Assembly (NCBI GenBank): GCA_022706885.1 | Contig: JAKJBR010000001.1 | Coordinates: 18,104-82,103 of the forward strand | DNA: 64,000 nt | Origin: Bacillota bacterium | Lineage (GTDB): Bacteria; Bacillota; Clostridia; DUPQ01 | Direction of reading: 5' to 3' | Shown here: in pieces, positions 40,388 through 51,725 of the stretch | How the letters are laid out: the number at the start of each line of letters is the position of its first letter | Numbering within the stretch: the first letter of the stretch is position 1 | The notes under the pieces: generated by a model | What the model saw: the letters and a program-made list of their open reading frames with translations, nothing else | Database searches by the model: none | Told to the model about the DNA's origin: nothing | Program-made: the position numbers and the translations under genes

Positions 40388-41236
40388 TTATCTGCTTAGT
40401 ATGTCTATGATTCTGTTTAATCCTTCAAGCGAATAATATTCAATCGTTATTTTACCTTTCTTAATACTTCTCGTTATTGTTACCTTTGTTGCAAGCTTCT
40501 TTTGAAGTTTATTCTCAACTTTTGCAAATTCTTCATCGTTTTCTATTTGTTCTTTCTTTCCGGGAGTCCTTTTTGTCTTTTTTATGAGTTTTTCAAGGTC
40601 TCTTACACTTAATTCTTTGTTCACCGTTTCCTCGGCAAGATCCTCTCTTATGTCTTCATGGACAGACAACAACAGCCTTGCGTGACCTTCGGAAAGTTTT
40701 CCTCTTCTTATAAAACTGAGTATTTTTTCCTCTAAATTAAGTAATCTTAACTTATTAGTTACAACCGGACGACTTTTTCCGAGAGTTTTTGCTATTTCTT
40801 CTTGAGTTGCTCCGAATTCATCACATAATCTCTTATATGCTTCAGCTTCTTCTATGGGATTTAAGTCTTTTCTTTGTATGTTTTCTACTAAAGATATCTC
40901 TAAAACTTCTCTATCGGTAAATTCCTTTACGATTACCGGAACTGTCTTCAGTTTTTCCTGTTTAGCGGCCCGGAATCTTCTTTCTCCTGCCACTATTGTG
41001 TATGTGTCGCCGGTTTTTCTAACCAATATCGGTTGAATAATGCCTTTTTCCCGTATAGATTCCGCAAGTTCATCCATCTCTTCTTTCGAAAAGTCTCTGC
41101 GCGGCTGTCCGGGATCCCGTTGTATCTTATCAATGTCCATTTCAATCAGCCGAGTTTCTTTGTCTGCAACGGAAATATCGGTATAATCATCGCCCAACAG
41201 CGCACCCAACCCTTTTCCTAAACCGTATTTAGCCAT
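40388..41236 (-). CDS. parB: Chromosome partitioning protein ParB/Spo0J
   Basis: The ATG at 41236 follows a GGAGGAG RBS. Motifs are GLGKGLGALL, IQPILVR and GERRFRAA, plus an HTH. Confidence 0.9.
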   Translation of the reverse strand: MAKYGLGKGLGALLGDDYTDISVADKETRLIEMDIDKIQRDPGQPRRDFSKEEMDELAESIREKGIIQPILVRKTGDTYTIVAGERRFRAAKQEKLKTVPVIVKEFTDREVLEISLVENIQRKDLNPIEEAEAYKRLCDEFGATQEEIAKTLGKSRPVVTNKLRLLNLEEKILSFIRRGKLSEGHARLLLSVHEDIREDLAEETVNKELSVRDLEKLIKKTKRTPGKKEQIENDEEFAKVENKLQKKLATKVTITRSIKKGKITIEYYSLEGLNRIIDILSR

Positions 41237-42002
41237 TTTCTCCTCCACAATTTATTACTTCTTCTGCCAAATCCAAATAACTCAGAGCTCCTTTTGAGTC
41301 TTTATCGTATAGAATAATCGGAAGTCCGTGGCTCGGAGCCTCGCTTAAACGCACATTTCTCGGTATTATTGTTCTATATACCCTGTCGGAAAAGTGTTGC
41401 CTTACGCTTTCCACCACCTGAAATGATAGATTTGTTCTCGAATCGTACATAGTCATGACCACTCCCTCTACTTCTAAAGAAGGATTTAAATGCTTTTGTA
41501 CCAAAGAAACCGTCTTCATAAGCTGTTTTAAGCCTTCAAGAGCATAATATTCGCATTGTATAGGTACTAAAATGGTGTCTGCTGCCGTAAGAGAGTTTAA
41601 AGTAAGCAGTCCCAAAGAAGGAGGACAGTCGATTATTATATAATCGTAGTTGTTTTTTATAGGCTCAATAGCTTTTTTTAGTCGGTTTTCACGCATCATC
41701 AAGCTTACAAGCTCTATTTCCGCTCCTGCAAGCTGTATATTGGCGGGACAAATGAACAAATTGTCCAGCATTGTAGCAAGAATTGTATCTTTTATATCAA
41801 TATCGTTAATTATGGCATCATAAACGGACTGTTTAACGGTCCATTTGTCTACTCCCAAGCCGCTTGTAGCATTACCTTGCGGATCATTGTCAATAAGAAG
41901 TGTCCTTTTTCCCATAAATGCAAGACTTGCACTTAAGTTTATCGATGTAGTTGTCTTGCCTACTCCACCTTTTTGGTTGGCAACGGCTATTACTTTTCCC
42001 AT
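41229..42002 (-). CDS. parA: Chromosome partitioning ATPase ParA/Soj
   Basis: Deviant Walker A NQKGGVGKTT and motif IIDCPPSLG. Confidence 0.9.
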   Translation of the reverse strand: MGKVIAVANQKGGVGKTTTSINLSASLAFMGKRTLLIDNDPQGNATSGLGVDKWTVKQSVYDAIINDIDIKDTILATMLDNLFICPANIQLAGAEIELVSLMMRENRLKKAIEPIKNNYDYIIIDCPPSLGLLTLNSLTAADTILVPIQCEYYALEGLKQLMKTVSLVQKHLNPSLEVEGVVMTMYDSRTNLSFQVVESVRQHFSDRVYRTIIPRNVRLSEAPSHGLPIILYDKDSKGALSYLDLAEEVINCGGENG

Positions 42003-42017
42003 ATCGACCCCTTCATT

Positions 42018-42033
42018 TGTTTCACGTGAAACA
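42018..42033. promoter_or_regulatory. parS centromere site (perfect 16-bp palindrome)
   Basis: TGTTTCACGTGAAACA abuts the gyrB stop codon and lies 15 nt upstream of the parA start. Confidence 0.85.
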
Positions 42034-43980
<1,947 letters not shown>

Positions 43981-44250
43981 TTACTCCGTTATTTTATTGT
44001 TTTCAGCTCGTTTTCTTAGCGTTGCAGAAGATATCAGTGTGAGATATATCCGGTAATCGGACTCCTTATTTTTCTTAACAACAACAAAAGCCTTCGGAAG
44101 TTTGTCACTTACTGTTGTTATTGTTCCCTTTTTCTCTTTATCTCTGAGATAATTTTTTGTGTGCTTGGACAGTGTAGAAGTTTCAAAATCAAATATTCCT
44201 ATTACCTCTTTTTCGCGCACAACCAAATCATCTCCTATGTGTAAAAACAT
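43981..44250 (-). CDS. remB: DUF370-family protein (RemB/YaaB-like)
   Basis: 89 aa, starting MFLHIGDDLVV...IGIFD. Its position between recF and gyrB is conserved. Confidence 0.75.
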   Translation of the reverse strand: MFLHIGDDLVVREKEVIGIFDFETSTLSKHTKNYLRDKEKKGTITTVSDKLPKAFVVVKKNKESDYRIYLTLISSATLRKRAENNKITE

Positions 44251-44302
44251 GAAATCCTCTCTTCATTCTTCTGTTAATTATAGCATTTTTGCGGTCTTAT
44301 TT

Positions 44303-45409
44303 CTATATACTTTTAACCGATCCTTTGTTTACAAAGAAAAAGCTTATACTGTCATCCAGGGTCATATATCGTCTTTTTTCGGTGCAGGTAATAAAAGTCT
44401 GTTTTGTATCTATTTTATTTAATAATTTTCTTTTCCTTAATAAATCCAGTTCACTCAACGCATCATCCAGCAATAATACCGGCTGTTTGTTTGTCTTTTC
44501 TTTTATAATCTGCATTTCCGCAAACTTTAAAGACAATATTGCAGAGCGCTGCTGGCCCTGGGACCCGTAATCTCTTATATTTAATCCGTTTAATAATATC
44601 TCAATATCATCTCTATGAGGCCCTATTATTGTACTTTGAATCTTTATTTCCTTGTCTTTTATTTTATCCAATGATTTATAGAAGTCGCTTTCCTCCCCTG
44701 AATAATCGGGAATATCACAGGAGTATTTTATTTCCAGTTCTTCTGCTCTGTTTGCTATATCAAAATGATTATGTCCGGCTTTTTTATTTATTTGTTCCGT
44801 AAAAACTGCTCTTTCTTTTATAATTTTAGCTCCGGTTTTAGCTTGCTTTATATTATATACATCAATAAGGTCGCTGTTTTTTCCTGTTTCATACACTCTT
44901 TTTAAAAGAGCGTTTTTTTGTTTTATTATCCTGTTATATTCCTGTAATGAATAAAAATATGATGTATTAATCTGGCTTATCAATATGTCTAAAAATCTTC
45001 TTCTTTCGCTCGGACCTTCCTTTATAACGGTAAGATCTTCGGGCGAAAACATAACACTGTTTAAAACCCCCATCAATTGCCCTGTCTTTGAAAGGGTTAT
45101 ATCGTTTACTTTTATAACTTTTTTATTTAATCTGGAGGATATCTTCGTGCAATTTATTTCTATGGAAAAAGGTTCATCGTCTCTTTTTCCTTCAATTTTT
45201 ACCGAGTATCCTTGTTGTAAAGTCCTAATAAGGTCGGCATCTTTATTTGTTCTGTGTGATCTTGCTGTGGAACATAAAAATACCGACTCAAGTATATTGG
45301 TCTTTCCCTGAGCATTTTTTCCGTATATTATATTAATCCCTTTATTCGGGAATATTTCCTGATATTCATAATTTCTGAAATCTTTCAGTACAATTCTTTC
45401 TATTAACAT
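44303..45409 (-). CDS. recF: DNA replication and repair protein RecF
   Basis: Walker A GKNAQGKTNILE, signature GSQGQQRS, and Walker B LLLDD. Confidence 0.9.
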   Translation of the reverse strand: MLIERIVLKDFRNYEYQEIFPNKGINIIYGKNAQGKTNILESVFLCSTARSHRTNKDADLIRTLQQGYSVKIEGKRDDEPFSIEINCTKISSRLNKKVIKVNDITLSKTGQLMGVLNSVMFSPEDLTVIKEGPSERRRFLDILISQINTSYFYSLQEYNRIIKQKNALLKRVYETGKNSDLIDVYNIKQAKTGAKIIKERAVFTEQINKKAGHNHFDIANRAEELEIKYSCDIPDYSGEESDFYKSLDKIKDKEIKIQSTIIGPHRDDIEILLNGLNIRDYGSQGQQRSAILSLKFAEMQIIKEKTNKQPVLLLDDALSELDLLRKRKLLNKIDTKQTFITCTEKRRYMTLDDSISFFFVNKGSVKSI

Positions 45410-46515
45410 TAATAAGCAGATATACGTACCGGAAGAATAAGATAAAGGAATTCGTCGCTGTTAAGGGGGGTTATAATACACGCACTTGTTTCTCCCATAA
45501 AAGATATTCTTACCTTATCTTCATCTATTGATTTAATGGCATCAAGTAAATATCTGGCATTAAATCCTATCCTGATATCCTTTCCTTCCTTCTTTATATG
45601 ACACTTTTCCGTTACATTACCCACTTCACCCTGTGTATTTGCCGTTAGTATATTCTCGCTTATCTCTAATATAAGGGGAGCTTTTCTTCCGTCATCCGAT
45701 ACAAGCATATTTCTTTCGATAATATTCCGGAATTCGTTTACACTTATCTCAATTTTTGTCGCAAAGTCTTTTGTAGGAATAATTGCCTTATAATTAAAAT
45801 AATCACCCTGTAAAAGTTTTGAAATAAACTTACAATTACCGAATTCAAACAGTACTTGCGTTTTTTCATAATAAATTTTTATATCTTCGTCATCATTTGT
45901 TATTAATTTAAGTAATTCGTTTAATGTTTTTCCCGGTATTACAAAATTAAACTCTTCTTTATTACCTAATATATATTCTTTTCTCATACTCATTCTGAAA
46001 CTATCCAGAGTTACCATCTTAAAACTGTTTTCTTCGCTTTCAAACAAAGCTCCGGTTAAGATAAGTCTTTGCTCGTTTGTACTGACGGAAAATAAAGTGT
46101 TTCTTATCATATTTTTAAGATATTCCGTTTTAATGGTAACTTTATTATCCTTTTCCACATATGGTAATTTAGGAAATGCAGCAGGATCCAACCATCTTAT
46201 ATTGAACACGGCATTTCCCGAAATAATAACCAGTTTACTGTCTTCGGTGAAAATTTCCACTTCCTCTTCTCCAAGACTTCTTACTATGTCGGAAAACAAC
46301 CTTGCATTAACCAGTATTTCACCTTCTTCTTTTATAAATGCATCTTCAATATGTTCTATTCCTATTTCAAGATCATATCCTCTGAATATTATCTGAGAAT
46401 CTTTAGCCTTTATACTTATATTTCCCAGTACAGGCATTATAGGATTATTTGAAATAGCCTTTGACACACTATTAACAGCATCTTGTAATTTTTTTCTTGT
46501 ACATGTGAAATTCAT
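45409..46515 (-). CDS. dnaN: DNA polymerase III beta sliding clamp
   Basis: 368 aa, with the expected position after dnaA. The stop overlaps the recF start (TAATG). Confidence 0.95.
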   Translation of the reverse strand: MNFTCTRKKLQDAVNSVSKAISNNPIMPVLGNISIKAKDSQIIFRGYDLEIGIEHIEDAFIKEEGEILVNARLFSDIVRSLGEEEVEIFTEDSKLVIISGNAVFNIRWLDPAAFPKLPYVEKDNKVTIKTEYLKNMIRNTLFSVSTNEQRLILTGALFESEENSFKMVTLDSFRMSMRKEYILGNKEEFNFVIPGKTLNELLKLITNDDEDIKIYYEKTQVLFEFGNCKFISKLLQGDYFNYKAIIPTKDFATKIEISVNEFRNIIERNMLVSDDGRKAPLILEISENILTANTQGEVGNVTEKCHIKKEGKDIRIGFNARYLLDAIKSIDEDKVRISFMGETSACIITPLNSDEFLYLILPVRISAY

Positions 46516-46546
46516 TTAGTTTCCCTCTTTCCTTTAATAACATATC

Positions 46547-46564
46547 TATAAGCAGTAGTAGTAG
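46547..46564. promoter_or_regulatory. DnaA-trio-like trinucleotide run (candidate unwinding element of oriC)
   Basis: The plus strand reads TAT AAG CAG TAG TAG TAG. That is six consecutive N-A-N triplets, three of them exact TAG (3'-GAT-5'), lying 14 nt from a DnaA-box-like TGTGTATAA. Confidence 0.5.
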
Positions 46565-46715
46565 GTCTTGTGAAATTTGTGTATAACGTATTTTATCCCT
46601 TATTTATCGCTCTTTTTACTGTGGACAATTTTTGTGAATAAAAACAGTAAACTACGCTTATATGTAAATTATACAATATTCCACAGAAAGATATTAACAT
46701 TTACACAGAAAATTG
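46565..46715. promoter_or_regulatory. oriC part 2: degenerate DnaA-box cluster in the dnaA-dnaN spacer
   Basis: Three one-mismatch boxes: TGTGTATAA (46578..46586), TGTGGACAA (46620..46628) and TGTGAATAA (46633..46641). Weaker TATTCCACA lies at 46677..46685. Confidence 0.6.
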
Positions 46716-48038
46716 TTAATAAGCCATCTTTTCCAATAATTCATTAACTTCTTTTTCTACAATTTTATCAGTTTTTATTTTTTCCGCTATTTTTTCACAA
46801 GCATACAACACGGTAGTGTGATCTCTGTCCGCAAAATATTTGCCTATTACCGGAAGAGAAAAAGGCGTTTTGATTCTGCATATATACATAGCTATCTGTC
46901 GCGGAAAAGCAATATTACTTTTCCTTGTCGGAGAAATTATATCTTTCGTCGTTATATTGTAATATCTTGCAACGGTATCAATAATGCTCGGAATTGTAAT
47001 ATCGTTTGCATTATTTTCATCAATCATATCTTTTAATGCCTTTTTGGCAAGATCTATGGTTATATCTTCCCCGAATACGCGCGCATGAGCTACCGTTTTA
47101 TTTAATGCTCCCTGGAGGTTCCTTATATTTGAAGATATATTCCATGCAATAAATTCTATTACTTCCTTGGATATGTTATATTCCGACTTTAAAGAATTCT
47201 GTTCGAGAATAGCAACTCTGGTTTCATAGTCCGGTGTTTGCATATCCGCCATAAGTCCCTGCTGAAATCTCGTTTTAAGCCTCTCTTCCAGTCTGGTCAT
47301 TTTATCCGGAGGCACATCGGAAGTAATAACTATCTGTTTGTTTGCATAATACAGTTTTTCAAACGTATAGAAAAACTCTTCCTGTGTTCCTTCTTTTCCG
47401 GTAATAAACTGAATATCATCTATTAAAAGAACGTCCAGATTTCTGTATTTTTCTCTGAATTCTTTACTTTTTGCCGTTTTTATGGCGGAAATCATCTCAT
47501 TTGTAAAAGTTTCACTTTGAACATACAAGATTTTCTTATCAGGATATTGTCGGGAAATCGCATTTCCTATAGCATGCATAAGATGAGTTTTTCCTATTCC
47601 GCTCTCTCCGTATAGAAATAAGGGATTATATGTTGTGCCGGGATTGTCCACAACAGCTTCCGCTGCCGCTCTGGCAAACTGATTGGAAGAGCCAGTAACG
47701 AAATTCGAGAAGACATATTTATCCAGAAGCTGGGAATTGGCATAATTGTTGGAATTAAAAACCTCATACTTTCCGTTTTCGTCAAATTCTCCTATCTCGT
47801 TTTTCAGTTTAAAAAGGGGACTGAGGTCTTTTGCGGCCGCATCGGAGATGGCATTCTTTAAAAGCAGCTTGTAATTAGCCAGATAGTTTTTTGAAAAGTC
47901 CGATTGAGCAATCAGTACAAAATTGTCTCCGTCAATAGTGTAAGGTTCCAATGGAAGAATCCATGTCTTAAAATTAAGTTCACCCATTACACTCTCAATA
48001 TTCGTTAAAGCATCGTTCCATATTTCTTGTACGGTCAT
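46716..48038 (-). CDS. dnaA: Chromosomal replication initiator protein DnaA
   Basis: Motifs NPLFLYGESGIGKTHL, LLIDDIQF and RDHTTVLYA. Confidence 0.95.
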   Translation of the reverse strand: MTVQEIWNDALTNIESVMGELNFKTWILPLEPYTIDGDNFVLIAQSDFSKNYLANYKLLLKNAISDAAAKDLSPLFKLKNEIGEFDENGKYEVFNSNNYANSQLLDKYVFSNFVTGSSNQFARAAAEAVVDNPGTTYNPLFLYGESGIGKTHLMHAIGNAISRQYPDKKILYVQSETFTNEMISAIKTAKSKEFREKYRNLDVLLIDDIQFITGKEGTQEEFFYTFEKLYYANKQIVITSDVPPDKMTRLEERLKTRFQQGLMADMQTPDYETRVAILEQNSLKSEYNISKEVIEFIAWNISSNIRNLQGALNKTVAHARVFGEDITIDLAKKALKDMIDENNANDITIPSIIDTVARYYNITTKDIISPTRKSNIAFPRQIAMYICRIKTPFSLPVIGKYFADRDHTTVLYACEKIAEKIKTDKIVEKEVNELLEKMAY

Positions 48039-48302
48039 AAATGTTAGTTTCCCCTAATTATTAAAAAAGATAAAGCCGCTTTTTGAAATGTTTCGCTCCA
48101 AGCAGATTTATCTTTCGTGGCCTGTGGATAAAGATGATGTTATCAACAGGGAAGCATAGTATATCAAAGAAGCAAACACAGCACAAGGGGAAAAAAGAAG
48201 AAATTTTAAAAAATTTTAACCGGATTTTTAACTTATCCACAGAAAGTCACTTATCCACAGAAAATCTGTTGATAACTTAAAGGATTTTATCTTTTCTGCG
48301 TA
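48039..48302. promoter_or_regulatory. oriC part 1 and dnaA promoter region: DnaA-box cluster plus AT-rich tract
   Basis: Three perfect boxes: TGTGGATAA (48123..48131) and TTATCCACA (48233..48241 and 48251..48259). Two one-mismatch boxes: TTATCAACA (48140..48148) and TGTTGATAA (48267..48275). An A/T-rich run lies at about 48187..48232. Confidence 0.75.
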
Positions 48303-48334
48303 TAAAAAAGGTTGTACCCTGTAAGCACAACCTT
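48303..48334 (-). terminator. Rho-independent terminator of the PEPCK gene
   Basis: Minus strand reads AAGGTTGT, an 11-nt loop, ACAACCTT, then TTTTTAT. Confidence 0.7.
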
Positions 48335-48354
48335 CTGAAATTTGCCGGAATACC

Positions 48355-50115
48355 TTATGTAAGATTTTTCTTAAGTTTAGCTAATTCATTCCAAAGCTCT
48401 TTCGGTACGGTATCTCCGATTTTATTGTAGAATTCTTCTATTCTGACAGTATCTTCAAGCCAGAGGTCTTTATCAACAGAAAGAAGTTCCTTTAATGTTT
48501 CCTTTGTAACATCAATTCCTTCAAGGTTTATGTCTTCAGGTTTTGGGAGGTAGCCGATCGGAGTCTCTACGGCACCGACTTTATCTTCGCATCTTTTCAG
48601 TATCCAAAGCAGAACACGCAAATTCTCTCCGAATCCCGGCCACAGAAAATGACCTTCATCATCCAGTCTGAACCAGTTTACATGGAATATTTTTGGAACC
48701 TTGTTTCCTACATCCTTTCCTATATTCAACCAGTGTTGAAAGTAATCACCCATGTTATAACCGCAGAAAGGAAGCATGGCCATAGGATCTCTTCTTACGA
48801 CACCGACAGCTCCACTTGCGGCTGCCGTTGTCTCGGAAGCCATTATGGATCCTACAAACACTCCGTTTACCCAGTCAAGAGATTGATATACCAAAGGAGC
48901 GGTCTTAGCTCTTCTTCCGCCGAATATTATGGCGGAAAGAGGAACACCGTTCGGGGAGTCAAATTCTTTACTTATGCTTGGACAATTTGTTGCGGGAGCG
49001 GTAAATCTGCTGTTGGGATGTGCTCCCTTTTCGCCCGATTCGGCTGTCCAGGGTTCACCTTTCCAATTGAGAGCCTTAGTCGGAGGATTCTTGTCTAATC
49101 CTTCCCACCAAACCGTGTTATTTTCAAGATTATGAACAACATTTGTGAAAATCGTGCCTTTTTCCGTTGCATGCAATGCGTTGGGATTGGATTTTATGTT
49201 TGTACCCGGAGCAACTCCGAAGAAGCCGTTCTCCGGATTGATTGCCCAAAGCCTTCCGTCGGGACCTTTTCTTATCCATGCAATATCATCTCCCACGGTC
49301 CATACTTTATATCCCTTTCCGGCAAAAACTTCCGGAGGGATAAGCATTGCAAGATTGGTCTTTCCGCAAGCTGACGGGAATGCCGCCGCTATGTACTTAG
49401 TCTCTCCATCGGGATATTCAACACCGAGAATGAGCATGTGTTCCGCCATCCAGTTTTCATTTTTACCCTGATAAGAGGCTATTCTTAAAGCAAAACATTT
49501 TTTACCTAAAAGAACATTTCCGCCGTAACCGGAGTTAACCGACCATATTGTATTGTCTTCAGGAAAATGACAGATATATCTGTTTTCTTCATCTATGTCC
49601 GCTTTACCGTGAAGCCCTCTGACGAAGTCATTGGAATTTCCGAGAGCATCAAGCACATCATTGCCTACTCTGGTCATAATTACCATATTCATTACAACAT
49701 ATATAGAGTCGGTAAGCTCAATACCGATTTTTGAAAACTTGGAGCCGACAGGTCCCATTGAATAGGGAATAACATACATTGTCCGCCCCTTCATGCTTTT
49801 ACTGAAGAGTTTTCCCAATTTTTCATATGCTTCTTTGGGTGCCATCCAGTTATTTGTAGGACCGGCATCTTTTTCTTTTCTGGAACATATGAATGTACGA
49901 TGTTCTACCCGTGCCACGTCGTTTACCGCCGTGCGGTGTAAATAACAGTCGGGAAGTTTTTCTTCGTTGAGCTTATAAAGCTCACCGGTTGCCAAGGCTT
50001 GTTTTCTTAATTCATCAAGCTGTTTAGGATCTCCCGTAATCCAGACAATTTTATCAGGAGTAGTAAGAGCCGCCATCTCTTCTATCCATGAAAGTAGCAT
50101 TTTGTTCTTTGTCAT
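48355..50115 (-). CDS. pck: Phosphoenolpyruvate carboxykinase (GTP)
   Basis: 586 aa. Motifs FPSACGKTN, NPENGFFGVAPGT and WMAEHMLILG are typical of GTP-PEPCK. Confidence 0.9.
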   Translation of the reverse strand: MTKNKMLLSWIEEMAALTTPDKIVWITGDPKQLDELRKQALATGELYKLNEEKLPDCYLHRTAVNDVARVEHRTFICSRKEKDAGPTNNWMAPKEAYEKLGKLFSKSMKGRTMYVIPYSMGPVGSKFSKIGIELTDSIYVVMNMVIMTRVGNDVLDALGNSNDFVRGLHGKADIDEENRYICHFPEDNTIWSVNSGYGGNVLLGKKCFALRIASYQGKNENWMAEHMLILGVEYPDGETKYIAAAFPSACGKTNLAMLIPPEVFAGKGYKVWTVGDDIAWIRKGPDGRLWAINPENGFFGVAPGTNIKSNPNALHATEKGTIFTNVVHNLENNTVWWEGLDKNPPTKALNWKGEPWTAESGEKGAHPNSRFTAPATNCPSISKEFDSPNGVPLSAIIFGGRRAKTAPLVYQSLDWVNGVFVGSIMASETTAAASGAVGVVRRDPMAMLPFCGYNMGDYFQHWLNIGKDVGNKVPKIFHVNWFRLDDEGHFLWPGFGENLRVLLWILKRCEDKVGAVETPIGYLPKPEDINLEGIDVTKETLKELLSVDKDLWLEDTVRIEEFYNKIGDTVPKELWNELAKLKKNLT

Positions 50116-50302
50116 TTTTATATCTCCTTCCTTTCGGAAATTAAATCGGTTTTCAAAAACTCCCTCCTTTAATATTAATTCACTTCACGGAATATGTAAA
50201 GACAAAAAGCCGATCAGGAGAGAAAAATACAGTAAGACGGAGATTAGATTTTAAAGAGATATTATATGACCAAACAAGTAAAAGCATGGTAAAATAAAGA
50301 GC

Positions 50303-51697
50303 ATGATTAAGCAATTCTATCAGCCTGAATATATGCTTCGTAAGCACACAAAATTTGGGGAACTTCCTTCAGCAAAGGAAGCATACGGCAGAATGTTCAA
50401 AATGGCATTGCCGTCTACAATTGAAGCGCTCCTGGGCGGATTGACCAGTTTTGTGGATATGATAATGGTATCTTCCGTCGGCATAACAGCGGTTACGGCG
50501 GTAGGAATAACAACGCAGCCGAGAATGATTATTCTTATGCTTTTTATGGCATTAAACACGGGAGTTACCGCTTTGATAGCCAGAAGAAAGGGAGAGGATG
50601 ATGCCAAAAAGGCAAATGAGATTTTAATGCAAGCTCTTCTGATATGTTTTGTGCTTGCAATTATTATGACAACAATCGGAATGGTTACGGCAAGACCGCT
50701 TTTGCGATTTGCCGGAGCAGGAGCCGATTTTATTGAGGATTCGATAATATATTACCGGATTATTACTGCCGGCACGGTATTCGGTGTTCTTACCATGACC
50801 ATAAATGCGGCTCAAAGAGGTGCGGGTAATACAAAAATAGCTATGACCACAAGCCTTATATCCAATGTGGTCAATGTAGTTTTTAATTTCCTGCTGATAA
50901 AAGGAAGATTGGGTTTTCCTGCCCTGGGAGTAAAGGGCGCCGCAATAGCCACTGTTATAGGTATGGTTGCCGCATTTTTAGCAGCATGTTATTCGCTGAG
51001 GAATGCCTCTTTCATTTATTTCGACATAGAAGGCCTGAAAAAGTTTGATCCGGAAATTGTGAAGTCCATTGCTAACATTTCGGGAAATGCCGCGTTTGAA
51101 GAATTGTGCTTTCGTTTCGGCTTCTTTATGTATAACAAAATAGTTGCGGAGCTGGGAACCATAGATTACGGAACACATCTTGTGTGCATGCAGATAATGA
51201 ATCTTTCTACATATATAGGAGCCGGCTTGGGAATAGGAACGACGGCTTTAGTGGGACAAACTTTAGGAGAAAAGCGAAGCGACCTCTCCATGCTTTACAT
51301 TAAAATAGGGAGAAGGATGGCAATAATCATTTCCGTTGTCTTATCAGCCGTATTTATCTTCGGAGGAAAGATGTTGATGGGCCTGTTTACCGATGACCCC
51401 GTGATTATAGAAAACGGAAGAAATATTTTGTTAATTATGGCACTGTCTTCTTTCTGTATAAATACACAGATAGTACATTCGGGAAGTTTAAGGGGAGCGG
51501 GGGATGTAAAATTTGTAGCGACCATGGCGCTGATAAGTGTAGCGGTGATACGCCCGTTATTTTCCTACATATTGGTATACCCGTTGCAGCTCGGCCTTAT
51601 CGGAGCATGGCTCGGCCTTCTTGCCGACCAGTTTGTCCGGAGTTTCTCGGGAATGTTAAGAATAAGAAGAGGAAAATGGGCAACTATACATATTTAG
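50303..51697 (+). CDS. MATE-family efflux transporter (MOP superfamily)
   Basis: 464 aa with 12 TM helices. N-terminal motif MALPSTIEALLGGLTSFVDMIMV. Confidence 0.85.
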   Translation: MIKQFYQPEYMLRKHTKFGELPSAKEAYGRMFKMALPSTIEALLGGLTSFVDMIMVSSVGITAVTAVGITTQPRMIILMLFMALNTGVTALIARRKGEDDAKKANEILMQALLICFVLAIIMTTIGMVTARPLLRFAGAGADFIEDSIIYYRIITAGTVFGVLTMTINAAQRGAGNTKIAMTTSLISNVVNVVFNFLLIKGRLGFPALGVKGAAIATVIGMVAAFLAACYSLRNASFIYFDIEGLKKFDPEIVKSIANISGNAAFEELCFRFGFFMYNKIVAELGTIDYGTHLVCMQIMNLSTYIGAGLGIGTTALVGQTLGEKRSDLSMLYIKIGRRMAIIISVVLSAVFIFGGKMLMGLFTDDPVIIENGRNILLIMALSSFCINTQIVHSGSLRGAGDVKFVATMALISVAVIRPLFSYILVYPLQLGLIGAWLGLLADQFVRSFSGMLRIRRGKWATIHI

Positions 51698-51725
51698 TAT
51701 ATAATTGTTTCGGGAGGGGGAATCC

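Noticed and set aside
48231-48262. Direct 14-nt repeat (cttatccacagaaa, two copies), considered as a possible CRISPR or iteron array.
   Set aside because: - There are only two copies, and each centres on a perfect DnaA box beside dnaA.
- They are explained as oriC DnaA boxes.
- No cas genes or further repeats are present.
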